NCBI RefSeq assembly: GCF_001194135.2
Contig: NC_068991.1
Span: forward strand, 75,252,863-75,316,862
Source: Octopus bimaculoides
Taxonomy: Eukaryota
DNA: 64,000 bases
Reading direction: 5' to 3'
The notes under the pieces are model-generated. The model was given only the letters and a program-made list of their open reading frames with translations. It did no database searches and was not told the DNA's origin. Shown piece by piece: positions 12,701 to 25,241 of the stretch (positions within the stretch are counted from its first letter, which is position 1; each line of letters begins with the position of its first letter). A program made the translations under genes and the position numbers.

Positions 12701-13834
12701 ATAAAAAAGTGTGCGTGTATGAATGTATGTGTGTATGTGTGTGTATGTATGTGTGTGTGTATGTGTATATGTGTGTATGCTTGTTTGTGTGTGTTTATAT
12801 ATATATGTGTGTGTATATATATGTATGCATGTATGTGTGCGCATGCTTGTGTGTGTGTGGTGTGTGTGTGTGTAATAGTCATATACTTCAGTTTTCAGAG
12901 TTCTTCTTTAGAAACATTTAGTGAATTCTAGAAAATCTTCATTCAATTTCTTTCCTTTTTAATTTATTACTTTATGAACCTGGACTCTGAAATTTGTAAT
13001 TACCTGATGTATCAATATTTTACTGTCTTCACCTATTGCTTCAAGAACTCCTTTAAAGACATTTCATTATTTTTGTTTTAAAATATTACATTCATATAAA
13101 TGGTTTTGTATTCTTTTGTTTGTTTGTTTGTTTGCTTGTTTGTATTTTCATGAGAATTTTCCAAGAGATAATATAAAAACCTTTTTCAGGAATGTGTCAA
13201 AAATTTGTTTGCAATCTCTTTTTAACGTTTACATAGAAAATCCAACTGCCATTCAAATACCATTTTGAATTGCAAGAATGTAAGTGAAAAATACGAGACA
13301 TGATTTGATAAATCTCTACAAAATATGTTTGTTGTTGTTAATACAAACATATTATTGATAATCCAAGCAAAAATTATGTTGCTCACGATAAAACAAAATT
13401 TCCATAAAAGAACAGAAAAATAAAAAATTAAAAAATCTTTCTCAATATGAGTTAATTTTCCAAATGTCTTGTGCTGAAATCATCATCGGCATTGAAATGA
13501 ATGACATTTTTCATATCAACAGCTCAAAAATTGTTTTTTCTTTGGTTTTCAATGTTGTTCTTCTTCTTCACTGTATCATTTATTCTAACATCTTCACTCT
13601 TCAGAAATTATTCCATATAATAAAATTCTTTCTTTCTTCCCATTCTTAATTTTTCAGTGATATCATGACTTTCTTTATTTTATTTATTTTATTTTTTCAC
13701 GTATATATTTCACAAACTGGAAATATTTATGTCGGATATATTAAATAAGTTTGAATTAGCTTTTAAAAGATATGGTTAATAAACAAGTAAATTCTTCCTA
13801 GAAACCATCTAATTATTAATATTGTTGTCTTTCT

Positions 13835-13977
13835 AAGGCGGGGAGCTGGCAGAAACATTAGCATGCGGGTGAAATGCTTAGCGGTATTTCGTCTGTTTTT
13901 ACGTTCTGAGTTCAAATTCTGTTGAGGTCAACTTTGCCTTTCATCCATTCAGGGTTGATAAATTGAGTACCAGTTGC
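13835..13977 (+). mobile_element. SINE family C
   Basis: aaggcggggagctggcagaaacattagc...tgagttcaaattctg..gaggtcaactttgcctttcatcc. Confidence 0.75.
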
Positions 13978-13984
13978 TGCTCTG

Positions 13985-13997
13985 GTTGCTAAGCAAC
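13985..13997. promoter_or_regulatory. RFX X-box-like palindrome
   Basis: GTTGCTAAGCAAC is a perfect inverted half-site pair resembling the established RFX consensus. Function is unproven. Confidence 0.25.
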
Positions 13998-15744
13998 AAG
14001 AACTAAGCAAAAGTCATGTGATTAGATCACATTGAGATCAGATAAAAGTCATTGCTAAGAGTTGTTTACCTAAATACAACTAACATAAGAAGCCCAACAT
14101 TGATTGTTTAAATAACTTGAATGATTTAGGTTATGATTCTAAGTTAGGTAATATTTCAAGGGAAATGTACCAGATGGAGTAGGAAATTGATGGGAAAAAA
14201 AAAAAAAAAGAAACACAGAAAACCAAAGAAAAATGTTATTTCACTATTAACCGTCGATCCAACAATTAGAATGACAAGATGTTTAACAGTCGATGTAGAG
14301 CTAATTAAGATTAATAACTAGAAATTGGCAATGAGATTTATGTTCTGGTTTGTATCATAATAGCTGAATTGTGATTATCGTGAAATCTCTAAATGAGTAT
14401 AAATAACGCTGATGTGTCATCTGGGAAAGGGACAGAGGCCTTTTCAAATGAATTAATCATGAATTGACAGTTTAAAAAGTAATAGCCAGCATAAGTATGT
14501 GGAAGTTTATAAATTTGGACAGCTGTGATTGTAGAGTCTAAAATATAAGACACATATTAACCTCTAGATAATCTGAAATTTAAGAGATGTAATCAGTCTT
14601 TATTGTTAATTTAGGTGATATCATGAACATATACAGATGTTGGGAGTGATGATGACAAAGGGATGTGAAGTTGTATGTGGTATACATAAAAGAGTTATAC
14701 TGTATAAACAAGAGAGATAAGGCCAAAGAAAATTGATGACTGTCAACAAGTCAGACATATGGTATCTAATTAGGTATATAATTAGCGGGAATGTATTTAA
14801 GATTCATTAATGGTGTACTTCTGTGTTGTGTCAAACCTTAATCAATAAAATAAACCAAGCAGAAAACTCTTGAGATTGGTAAAAATCAAGCAATAACTGG
14901 CTTCTAACAGATATAACAGATTTTATTATTATTATTATTTACAGAATTGTAAAAACGGCGCCGTATAAAAAAAAACAAAAAAACCATTCACACCGAAAGC
15001 ATATAGAAAGTTTGTTTACCTATTAAAAAACAAACACGAGCTGTTATAGTTCTTAAATTTGACAGGAAAAGGGAGGCTGATTCGCTGGTGTAAAGGTAAC
15101 ACACTTAGTCGGGTTAACAAAGGGATGTCGGTTCAACTCAGATGCAGATAGGAAAGCCTTTTTCTGTTGAGGGCCCTTTATATGTCTCTTTATCAGACTA
15201 TTTTCCTTAGTCATTACACAGTGATCGCCATAAGCTCAAGCTTGTATCAAATACCATTATTATTATTTGCAGGATTGCAAAAACAGCTCTGTATAAGAAA
15301 AAAACCATTTGCACCGAATTAAAACTGGAGGGGGATTCAGAGTTGTTCATTAATAAAGGAGAATGTCAAAGCAATACGACAGAATTATTCACGAATTGAT
15401 TAAGTGCTTCATTAAGACACACTGCCAAGGATTGAATAGAAATATAGTAGAAGACACTTGCCCAAGGTGCCATGCAGTGGTACTGGACCCAAAACCATGT
15501 GGTTAGGAAGCATGCTTTTTACCTGTGCCCATACTAGTCAAATACTGGAATTAATATATTCTATTATACTTCAATCTGCAATTTTCTGCCTCAATAAAAA
15601 ATTAGTATGTTTGTTTCCTCTCCCATCTGCCTCTTCCTACTCTATGCACCTTCTTCTCCCATGACAGTACACTCTGATATCTCATCTCCACTTAATCATT
15701 ATTAAACAGTTTTGTACAATCTGTCACAATTCTATCATTTCTTT

Positions 15745-16000
15745 CTTTCGGGGACGTAAACACACCAGCATCGGTTGTTAAGCGATGTTGGGGGGACAAA
15801 CACAAACATACACACACACACATATATATATACACACACACACACGACAAGCTTCTTTCAGTTTCTGTCTACCAAATCGACTCACAAAGCTTTGGTCGGC
15901 CCAAGGCTATAGTAGAAGACACTTTCCCAAGATGCCACGCAGTGGGATTGAACCCAGAACCATGTGGTTGGTAAGCAAGCTATTTACCACACAGCCACTT
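15745..16000 (-). mobile_element. SINE family A
   Basis: ggggacgtaaacacaccagcatcggttg...gcttctttcagtttctgtctacc...gggattgaacccagaaccatgtggttggtaagc. Confidence 0.75.
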
Positions 16001-16289
16001 GTAAATAATGACCATTATAAGATGTTGCAGTGAAGTTTTGACAATCTATACTCATTAGAACTCAAATATTTTATCTCTCAAGGAAATACAAAGTTATTGC
16101 AAAGCATTTGTTTTACACAACTCAGTTTCATCACCCACTAATACATGCATTGGCCTCATGTATCATCCTAAATCATTGTCGATTGACATAAATCACCAAA
16201 AATATAACCTTGCACACTCTTCCCAGCTTCAAATTTATTTCAGAGCTGGCTATTCACACTTACTTGACATTTCCTTCCTTAATTTATTG

Positions 16290-17230
16290 CATTATTAGAA
16301 GGAACTGGATGGGAAATATTTGGTGGATTGTATTATGTTGATGATGTTGCTTTGCTTAGTAATGGCATAGCAAAAGACACAAAGAGTGATACAGAAGCTC
16401 GATAAAATAATCATAGTTGTGTAACCTTCAAGTAAACATGAATAAAACTAAAATTACAAAGAGTGAATAAAGCTGGCAGAAGAAATATATCATTGAAAGG
16501 ACGCAAACTAGAAGAGTTAAATAAGATTAATCCCTTTGTTGTCATTGTTTCTGCTGAAATACACCACATTTGTTTCAGTTCATTTGGAGAATAATGAAAG
16601 ATTTAGAAAAATAACTTTGTTCTTGTTAATACGGTATTTGAAACATAAATTAGCGTGAAATTTTGATGGAAGTTTGGAATATAGAATCAGAGGTGGTGTA
16701 AGGCAGAGTGATACCAAAAGGGTTAAATATCCTGGTACTTTTCTAGAAAGGGATGTATGTTTAGAAACTGAATTTAATGAGCGATTTAAGGCAAATCAAG
16801 CCATAAAAATGCTTTCAGGTGTTTAGAAATCCTATTGATTATCATTTCATTTGCAAACTAAACTGTATGTGTCACTTCTTAAATGCATTTTAATACATGG
16901 AAGACAATCATTGTATAGATAGAAAAGTATAGCTAATCATTTTAAGATCTACAGAAATACAACACTAAAGAATCTTTGGAAGCCAGTTCCATGATTTTGT
17001 GAAAAAGAAAGTGGTTTGAAACAAACTATAAGTACCATGTATAGAGGGAAGATAATGAAGAGTAGATGACAATAGTACTTCAGTCTGAGGCTGAAGACTT
17101 ACTAAAACACCAAGCAGTAAAATAGACAGTTCGAGATACAAAAAGAGGAAGAGCTATGCCTTGGTTAATACACAAAATCTAGAGAGGAAGTGATGACCTT
17201 GGCTAAACAGAGGTCAAAACTGAAGTAGAG
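16290..17230 (+). pseudogene. degraded non-LTR (RTE-like) reverse transcriptase relic
   Basis: Translates to YVDDVALLS (YADD motif), VNMNKTKI, LEELNKI|KYPGT...TEFNERFKA...TKLYVSLLKCILIHG, with stops and frameshifts. Confidence 0.7.
16531..16722. mobile_element. piggyBac-like MITE inserted in the RT relic
   Basis: TTAA at 16527-16530 and 16723-16726; ends tccctttg...caaaaggg; internal similarity to 27120-27341. Confidence 0.7.
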
Positions 17231-19322
17231 AATAAATAAGGCTGATCAGAATTTGGGGTGAGTCTTTGTGTCAAGTGGAGGAGGAGGCATTAACAGTAAT
17301 ACTAAAAGCCTCTTTGATTTGTTCAGAATCTTTTGTAGGAATGTCCTACAGTTTGAAAGTTTTTCTACCATTGAAGTTTTATAAAAGAAGAACTTGATAA
17401 GCTATTATAATTCTCATTTAAAATTGAAGTTGACTTGATAGCATATTAATCAGAGCCATTTTAGTAGTATTATGTGCTTGTGGGTAAATCAATACAATGG
17501 GTCCTACAGGATTTACTTATTGACAGCAAGTCACAGCATAGTTGAGAATAGGGTCCCTGGACCCATGGTGCCACTAGACTCATTGTGCCCCTAGGCAACT
17601 GCTTAATGTTTCCTTGCCTTAAAATGACACTGGTGTTAATCGCTTTGGCTAATTATTGTAGTTGTCTATATAGTTACAAGCAGATGTAGACATCTCAGCC
17701 CTCTCACTCCTGATCCAGAAGAATAGCCAGGGTGTCACAACCGGAAGGAAAGGGAGCTTGCACTAGCCCTGGCTTCCCCCTCATTTCAGGTGAGCAGAAT
17801 GGAGCAGCACATTCTTACTCAAGGGTGCCACTCAGTCCAGAAATCAAACCTAAAACTCTGTGATGATGAGCCCAACATTTGAACCATTATAAGGTTTAAG
17901 TAAGTAAAGAATACCTTTTCAACTGCATTTGGGCTTTCTTTGAAATCTCTCAGCTAGAATTTATTCTCTATTTTTGAAATGCTCCCAAAGTCTTCCCTGC
18001 TTTTTAATATTTTTACAAGGAATGAATTCCACTAAACTACAAGCTGTCAAAATTCTTAATCGTAGTGTTTAGATTTATAAGGCTTCAATTTTATTTCAGT
18101 TATCAGTGTCCGATACGTGTTGGTTTTAGAACTTCTGGCTAGAGAAATAATCGAACATATGTCTGTTGGCTAGAATGTTGTCTTTGATATTTCATGAAAG
18201 AAAAACTTTGCATCTTGCCAAATATATTTATCTCTGTTTGGGGAAAGATTACAACTGTCAATCAAGATAAAAGCACCATAGCAATGTGTTAATCTTGCGG
18301 AGTTCAAATGTCACAAGTGTAAATAAACCCAAGAATAAACAGAGTTCCCTTAAAGTGAAAGAATATAAATAACTGACATGGAAAGTAAATCCAAATGAAC
18401 ATTCAATTTTTATTGTATCAACCTCAGCTTCTTCAGAATTTGTTTCTAACGAATGTTTCTAATTTTATACCTGACAAACTTTGTCAGTATATTATGAGTA
18501 CGTTTTCAAAGACAGTAAGTTATACTTACTGTTTGTTCATATACAGACCATCCTTAAAATTTTGCTAAAAGTATTTGCAGATTATAAATAATGGCCTTAC
18601 TTTATGTCAACCATTTAACATATATTATTGATTATTTCTAAATTCTGTAGAAAATCTAAATCTTAAAGTTCACAAGACAAACTGGTCGGTGATCACTCTA
18701 TCACCTTTAAATAGTGTACAACTTGCAAGCAGACGCTACATCTATCGGTCATTAACCTCGTCAGCCTACAGATATATATATATGCCTCGGTCTTTCGAAA
18801 TACGATGGTCTGTCTTTGTCTCTCTCTCTCTGTCTGTCTCTCTGTCTCTCATCTGACCCTGCCAAACTGCCAACTTTCTCATCTTTGCTTTCAGTATCTT
18901 TCAAGTATTTTATCACCTCAAGTCACTCTTCTCTCTTTAATCTTCACGGCTAGTGCAGTTTCCATTGATCAGGATCACTCTGAGATAAGCTGTCCCACAT
19001 TAGATGCCACTGAGAATTTCCATGAAACGTTGGTATTTCCATTGGTACCAATGTTTTTTAATTGTATTTGGTGTGAAGAACACCAAGAAATATTGTCTGT
19101 TAACATGTATTTATGTATATATATATGTATATATATATACATAAATATATGTATATATAGGCTGGAGTGTGCACAAACGTAGATGTACACACACATTTAT
19201 GCTACATAATCTGAGTATATTCATGTGTATATGCATGTACTTTTGTATATACATAAATCAGACCCAATCCTTCTTACACACATGTGTGCATTCACTCACA
19301 CACACATACACACACACACATG

Positions 19323-19356
<34 letters not shown>

Positions 19357-19434
19357 AGTGTCTGAGTGTATGTTAAAGAATAAAAAATATGTATTCTACA
19401 AAGGCAATTCTTTAGTTTAATGTAAAATTATATT

Positions 19435-19480
<46 letters not shown>

Positions 19481-19519
19481 TTTCTCATCATCAACACATT
19501 GTGGAGATATCGTCATATG

Positions 19520-19558
<39 letters not shown>

Positions 19559-19729
19559 ATAATATATACAGGTTATGTTTTATTCTGTTAGAAATGTGGT
19601 AGAGTACAGTGCAAAGATCGCCCACCTTCAGAATTACCCAGTACTATTGGTAGTATTATTATTATTTACTTCCAAGTTTAAATTTGGGCATTCACCATGT
19701 ATGAATATATAACTGAAGAAATTGGAGTC

Positions 19730-20070
19730 AGGAAGAAGGAGTACGCTTGGACATTTATTTGTTATTTGCTACAATTGTTTTGATGCAACATAGTTGTCCA
19801 AGAATACAAGTACTGGATTATGCAACTTTTTGTTTGCATAATGAGATCTAGTTGTGTTTCCTCAGGCGATATACGAGTGTTGTCTGTTAGTTTAAAATCT
19901 TCTTCTTCAAGGCCATCTTCTCTGTTGAGGTTTGAATTTATTAGCGGTTCACATACACATGGTGCGTGCCATTAGAGCATGTTTGTCGGGCTGTTATGTA
20001 TGGTAGTGGATGGTACTGACTGGCATTTAAATGTTCTTCTATTTGACTGTATCTCTGATCTTCTCTTCAT
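19730..20070 (-). mobile_element. Penelope-like element 3' end relic (second family, tentative)
   Basis: Minus strand cgcCTGAGGA...aaaacaattgtagc...aataaatgtccaagcg, preceded by a weak NKFKPQ-like remnant of a GIY-YIG C-terminus. Confidence 0.45.
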
Positions 20071-20410
20071 GGTTGGCTGCACATGTTAATATCTGAAGCT
20101 GACCATTACTATTCAGTTGTCACATACATACATGCATACACACACAGATACTCACACAGACACTTTCACACACAAATCCATGTATATATACCTTTATACA
20201 CATATACATGCACCCACATATACATACATACACATACGTTCCTATACATATTCATATTTAAGCAACTATATATATATATACATAGACATATACATATACA
20301 TACATGTGTGCACATATATACATATACCAATCAACATATATATCTATCTACTTATATACATATATCCTCTTGTATATTTGGGTATACATACATACATACA
20401 TACATACATA

Positions 20411-20667
20411 NNNNNNNNNNNNNNNNNNNNNNNNNNNNNNNNNNNNNNNNNNNNNNNNNNNNNNNNNNNNNNNNNNNNNNNNNNNNNNNNNNNNNNNNNN
20501 NNNNNNNNNNNNNNNNNNNNNNNNNNNNNNNNNNNNNNNNNNNNNNNNNNNNNNNNNNNNNNNNNNNNNNNNNNNNNNNNNNNNNNNNNNNNNNNNNNNN
20601 NNNNNNNNNNNNNNNNNNNNNNNNNNNNNNNNNNNNNNNNNNNNNNNNNNNNNNNNNNNNNNNNNNN
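20411..20667. other. assembly gap within TA/CA microsatellite block
   Basis: N run. Confidence 1.
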
Positions 20668-20710
<43 letters not shown>

Positions 20711-21331
20711 CATGCACACACACACACACACATATATGTTCATATAAATAACTTTATTTTTTCACACACATGTATATAAATATATATGTGCATATATATA
20801 TGCGTACATTAATATATGTACACCCATAGTCTGCTTTTCACATACATACACCCATGTGCTTGAGTGTGCACTCATATTTCCACACTTAGACATACATGTG
20901 CATATGCATATACATATCCATACACATGCACACATGCGTAGACATAAATACACATATGTACACATGCAAATGTATACCTACATATACACTTATATGGATA
21001 TACATACGTACGCATATGCACACATGCATAAATACAAACACACACACACATACACACACACATATATATATATACATACATATATATCTCCACAAACAGT
21101 AGATACTTCCACGGACTGTAGACACATGGGTGGGTAACGATACATATTAATAGGAAGATGATCACAATCCAATTGGGAGCTTAATTAATTAATACTAATT
21201 ATTATTCATATTATTATTTGACAGCACTGGGTCCACAGAGATTACATAGAGGCAACACGTGCCTATCTGTATGTGTACATATGTACATTTATGTCTAGGC
21301 ATGCGTGCATGTGTATGGGTATGTATGTATA

Positions 21332-21368
<37 letters not shown>

Positions 21369-21978
21369 NNNNNNNNNNNNNNNNNNNNNNNNNNNNNNNN
21401 NNNNNNNNNNNNNNNNNNNNNNNNNNNNNNNNNNNNNNNNNNNNNNNNNNNNNNNNNNNNNNNNNNNNNNNNNNNNNNNNNNNNNNNNNNNNNNNNNNNN
21501 NNNNNNNNNNNNNNNNNNNNNNNNNNNNNNNNNNNNNNNNNNNNNNNNNNNNNNNNNNNNNNNNNNNNNNNNNNNNNNNNNNNNNNNNNNNNNNNNNNNN
21601 NNNNNNNNNNNNNNNNNNNNNNNNNNNNNNNNNNNNNNNNNNNNNNNNNNNNNNNNNNNNNNNNNNNNNNNNNNNNNNNNNNNNNNNNNNNNNNNNNNNN
21701 NNNNNNNNNNNNNNNNNNNNNNNNNNNNNNNNNNNNNNNNNNNNNNNNNNNNNNNNNNNNNNNNNNNNNNNNNNNNNNNNNNNNNNNNNNNNNNNNNNNN
21801 NNNNNNNNNNNNNNNNNNNNNNNNNNNNNNNNNNNNNNNNNNNNNNNNNNNNNNNNNNNNNNNNNNNNNNNNNNNNNNNNNNNNNNNNNNNNNNNNNNNN
21901 NNNNNNNNNNNNNNNNNNNNNNNNNNNNNNNNNNNNNNNNNNNNNNNNNNNNNNNNNNNNNNNNNNNNNNNNNNNNNN
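21369..21978. other. assembly gap
   Basis: N run beside (TA)n. Confidence 1.
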
Positions 21979-22139
21979 TCAATGTACATGTATATATATA
22001 TATGCACACATATATTTATATGCATGTGTGGGCCTTTGTTTATATGTGTATGTATGAATATGAATGTGTGGGGGAAAATATAAAGATAATTATATGGATG
22101 TGTGTGTGTGTGTGTGTGTGTGTGTATTTTTATGAATTT

Positions 22140-22480
22140 ATTATCTGCATGATGTGGAATATATTCCATCAGCATTGCCCAAATGATGTTGACATCACCT
22201 TTAAGATAAGCCCAAGGCTTGGGCCCTGTTCTATCCACCCACAACATAAATCACACTCACATTTCATAGCAACAATACAACACAATTATTTCACCGCAAT
22301 TGGCCCCACTTTCATTAACATTACACCAAAACACATTAAAGCAGAAACAGACCCCCATAAAGTTCAAGAAGTCTTAAGAGAAATTCCTTCAAGAAATCCC
22401 AGATAAACGTCCTACACCCGGATATGTCTCTGTTAACAATAACCTCTCTACATGGGTGGGCCATGTTGTCTGATTCCTGA
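22140..22480 (+). pseudogene. CR1/L2-group LINE ORF2 C-terminal relic
   Basis: PRLGP...NYFTAIGPTFINITPKHIK...FKKS*EKFLQEIPDKRPTPGYVSVNNNL resembles the GPxLFNxLP...FKxxLDxFLxxIPDxPxxPGY terminus of this group. Confidence 0.65.
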
Positions 22481-22849
22481 TCTGAATGACTTCACCAAGA
22501 GGTGCTATTAAGTTGGACGTGGCCGAACCCTATCAAAATATCTTTTATTCTTTCCTTCGCATCAAAAGCATAGAAGGGATGTTTTTACATGCTTATTATT
22601 TCTTCTCACAGCTAAGGTTTTCTAATATTTAATACTGTTTCAGTTATTCTGATTTTTCCTGGATTTATTGTTTCACTTGAGCATTCATTTGTTGGTGTCA
22701 AATTGTTTTGATGGTTATGCTTAAGTCTACATTTGTGTCATTCAACGGCTAATGTGTGTCTTCGTTTCTCTAACTGTTTCAGTTTCAACTCAGTCTCAGA
22801 TATCAAACCACTTGTGTGTGTGTGTGTGTGTGTGTATCATCATTATCAT

Positions 22850-22961
22850 TTAACGTCTGCTTTCCATGCTGGCATGGATTGGATAGTTTAGCATGGAGCT
22901 GACCAGACTCCAGTTGTCTGTTGTTGCACAGTTTCTGTAGCTGGATGACCTTCCTAATGCC

Positions 22962-23014
<53 letters not shown>

Positions 23015-23435
23015 CATACCTAAACATATATACATACACACACACACACGCACACACACATATATACATGTGTGTGTTGGTGTTAGGAAGAGCATCCAGC
23101 CGTAGAAACCATGCCAAATCAGACTGGAGTCTGGTGGAACCCCTCAGCTTACCAGCCCTGTTCAAAGCATCCAACCCATGCCAGCATGGACAAATGGGCA
23201 CTAAATGATGATGACGACGATGATGACATACATATATACTCACCCTGCTGGTGGCACATAAAAAGCTCCCTCTACACTCTTGGAATGGTTGGCATTAGGA
23301 AGGGCATCCAGCTGTAAAAACCTTGCCAAATCAGATTGGAGCCGGGTGCATCCTTCTGGCTTGCCAGTCCTCAGTCAAAGTGTCCAACCCATGCCAGCAT
23401 GCAAAATGGACGTTAAATGACGATAATGATGATAT
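22850..23435. mobile_element. cluster of three RTE-tail (family B) fragments
   Basis: Minus copy at about 22850-22960; plus copies at about 23085-23225 and 23250-23432, each ending in (gat)n. Confidence 0.7.
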
Positions 23436-23460
23436 ATGTATGTATACATACATGCATGCG

Positions 23461-23497
<37 letters not shown>

Positions 23498-23527
23498 ATT
23501 TTATATAGATGTCTATATATAATATAA

Positions 23528-23558
<31 letters not shown>

Positions 23559-24999
23559 TATTTGGAAACAACAATTTGTAAGTTCATTATTCGTTACAAA
23601 AGTTTTAGTGACTGAGGAGTGGGTCAAAAGCAGAATAAATCTGTTAAGCTGTTTGGACTACAAAGCAAGTTTATACCTTTGACTTGCAATAAACATTAAA
23701 TGACTTCTGTGTGAAAGATGTTTTGTTTTATTGCTATGCTGGACTGTAGTTCATATCACTAGATTTGATGGTCAGCCAGCTCAGTCTTTTAGGATGAATG
23801 TCAGCACTGCATTTCGCGCAATGTGCTCATCATCAACATTGACATCATTGAGTGTTCATCTTCCCTGCTGGCATTGATTTGACCCTGAAAGGGACATTGA
23901 AAGGGCAAATGGATTCTTGGGGCAGTCTTCATCAGCACTCTTTTACTTATGAAATAAACAAACTAATATTAGGGACCCAAGTAAATTAGGTAGGGATCAT
24001 CATCATCATCATCACCACCACCACCAAAACCACCACCACCATCACCACCACCACCATCATCATCATTGTTTTAGCATCCACTTTTTCATGCTTGCATGGG
24101 TTGGATAGAGTTTATTGAGGCAGGTTTTCTGTCGCTGGATGACCTTCTTGTCACTATCCCTCACTTGTTTCCAGACAAAGTAATATTTCCCCAATGTGCA
24201 GACTTGTTCTCACAGAACATTATAAATGAATGACATTGCTTGTGTGTCAATTACTTATTTACAACTCTCAGGGGACACAAATGTATACACACTCACACAC
24301 ATAAATATTTACACACAAACGCATACACATAGTCAATGGGCTTCTCTAAGTTTCCCTCTACCAAACCCCGTCAGAAGGCTTTGGTTGGGTTGGGTTGGGG
24401 CTGCAGTAGAAGGTACATGCCCAAGGTGCCATGTAATAGGATTGAACCAGAGACCATATGATTGGTCTCACTTCTTAGCCACACATCCTGCATCTCTTCC
24501 ACACCTGCACCTCCTCATCACCTACACCTATTTACATATTTAGCTTTTCTCTTGGCAGCAAAATCAGACATGAACTTACGGATGCTTTAAAGGTGTTTTG
24601 GTTTATTACTGCAATATTCTATAAATCATGTTAATATATTTCGTTGTCTAAACTGCGTTTTGTGATTAATGCTAGTGTTGTATCGTTGCAATATTCCTGT
24701 GGACAGTAAAAACAGAACAACTGTATACCCATTTCAGTTCTGGTTGGAGTCATCAGCATCTGTGTACCAGCTTCAATAATCCATGAACTGATTGCTTATA
24801 AACCCACTATCATTAGGGGCTGGATGTTGATATGTTCACACAACCATTATCTGTTCTGCTGTCTTTGAGCATATTACTTAAACACAATGCTTACATTCAT
24901 CATAAAACACAGTGTCGGCTTTCGTAAAACACAGTGTCGGCTTAGAAAATTACAATTTGTAAATGTCACAATGAGAGATATTCAGTAACAGTACTTTGT

Positions 25000-25241
25000 A
25001 GTAAAGATTGTTTGCCAACATAACATGGCAGTCCTGGTTTAGGACGAATGTTGCTGTAATTTAGCCCCCCGGGAGACATCATCTCCAGCTGGCTATACAA
25101 CATGATCTGTGTCCCTTGTTCGAAAATATAAGGACACATCATGTCGTATAGCCAGCTGGAGACGATGTCTCCTGGGGCTAAATTACAGCAACATTTGACC
25201 TAAACCAGGACTACCATGTTATGTTGGCAAAAATCTTTACT
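25000..25241. mobile_element. long palindromic element (MITE/foldback-like), copy 1
   Basis: gtaaagattgtttgccaacataacatggcagtcctggtttagg...ccagctggctatac is mirrored by gtatagccagctgg...cctaaaccaggactaccatgttatgttggcaaaaatctttac. Confidence 0.8.

Noticed and set aside
18745-18800. Minus-strand CTGACGA-ggt(taatg)acc-GATAG as a hammerhead
   Set aside because: GAAA is replaced by GATA and no convincing stems I or III form.
20083-22406. Long ORFs of 200-377 aa in the ORF track
   Set aside because: They run through N-gaps and (TA)/(CA) microsatellites ([12 protein letters not shown]). Only the last about 80 codons derive from a LINE relic.
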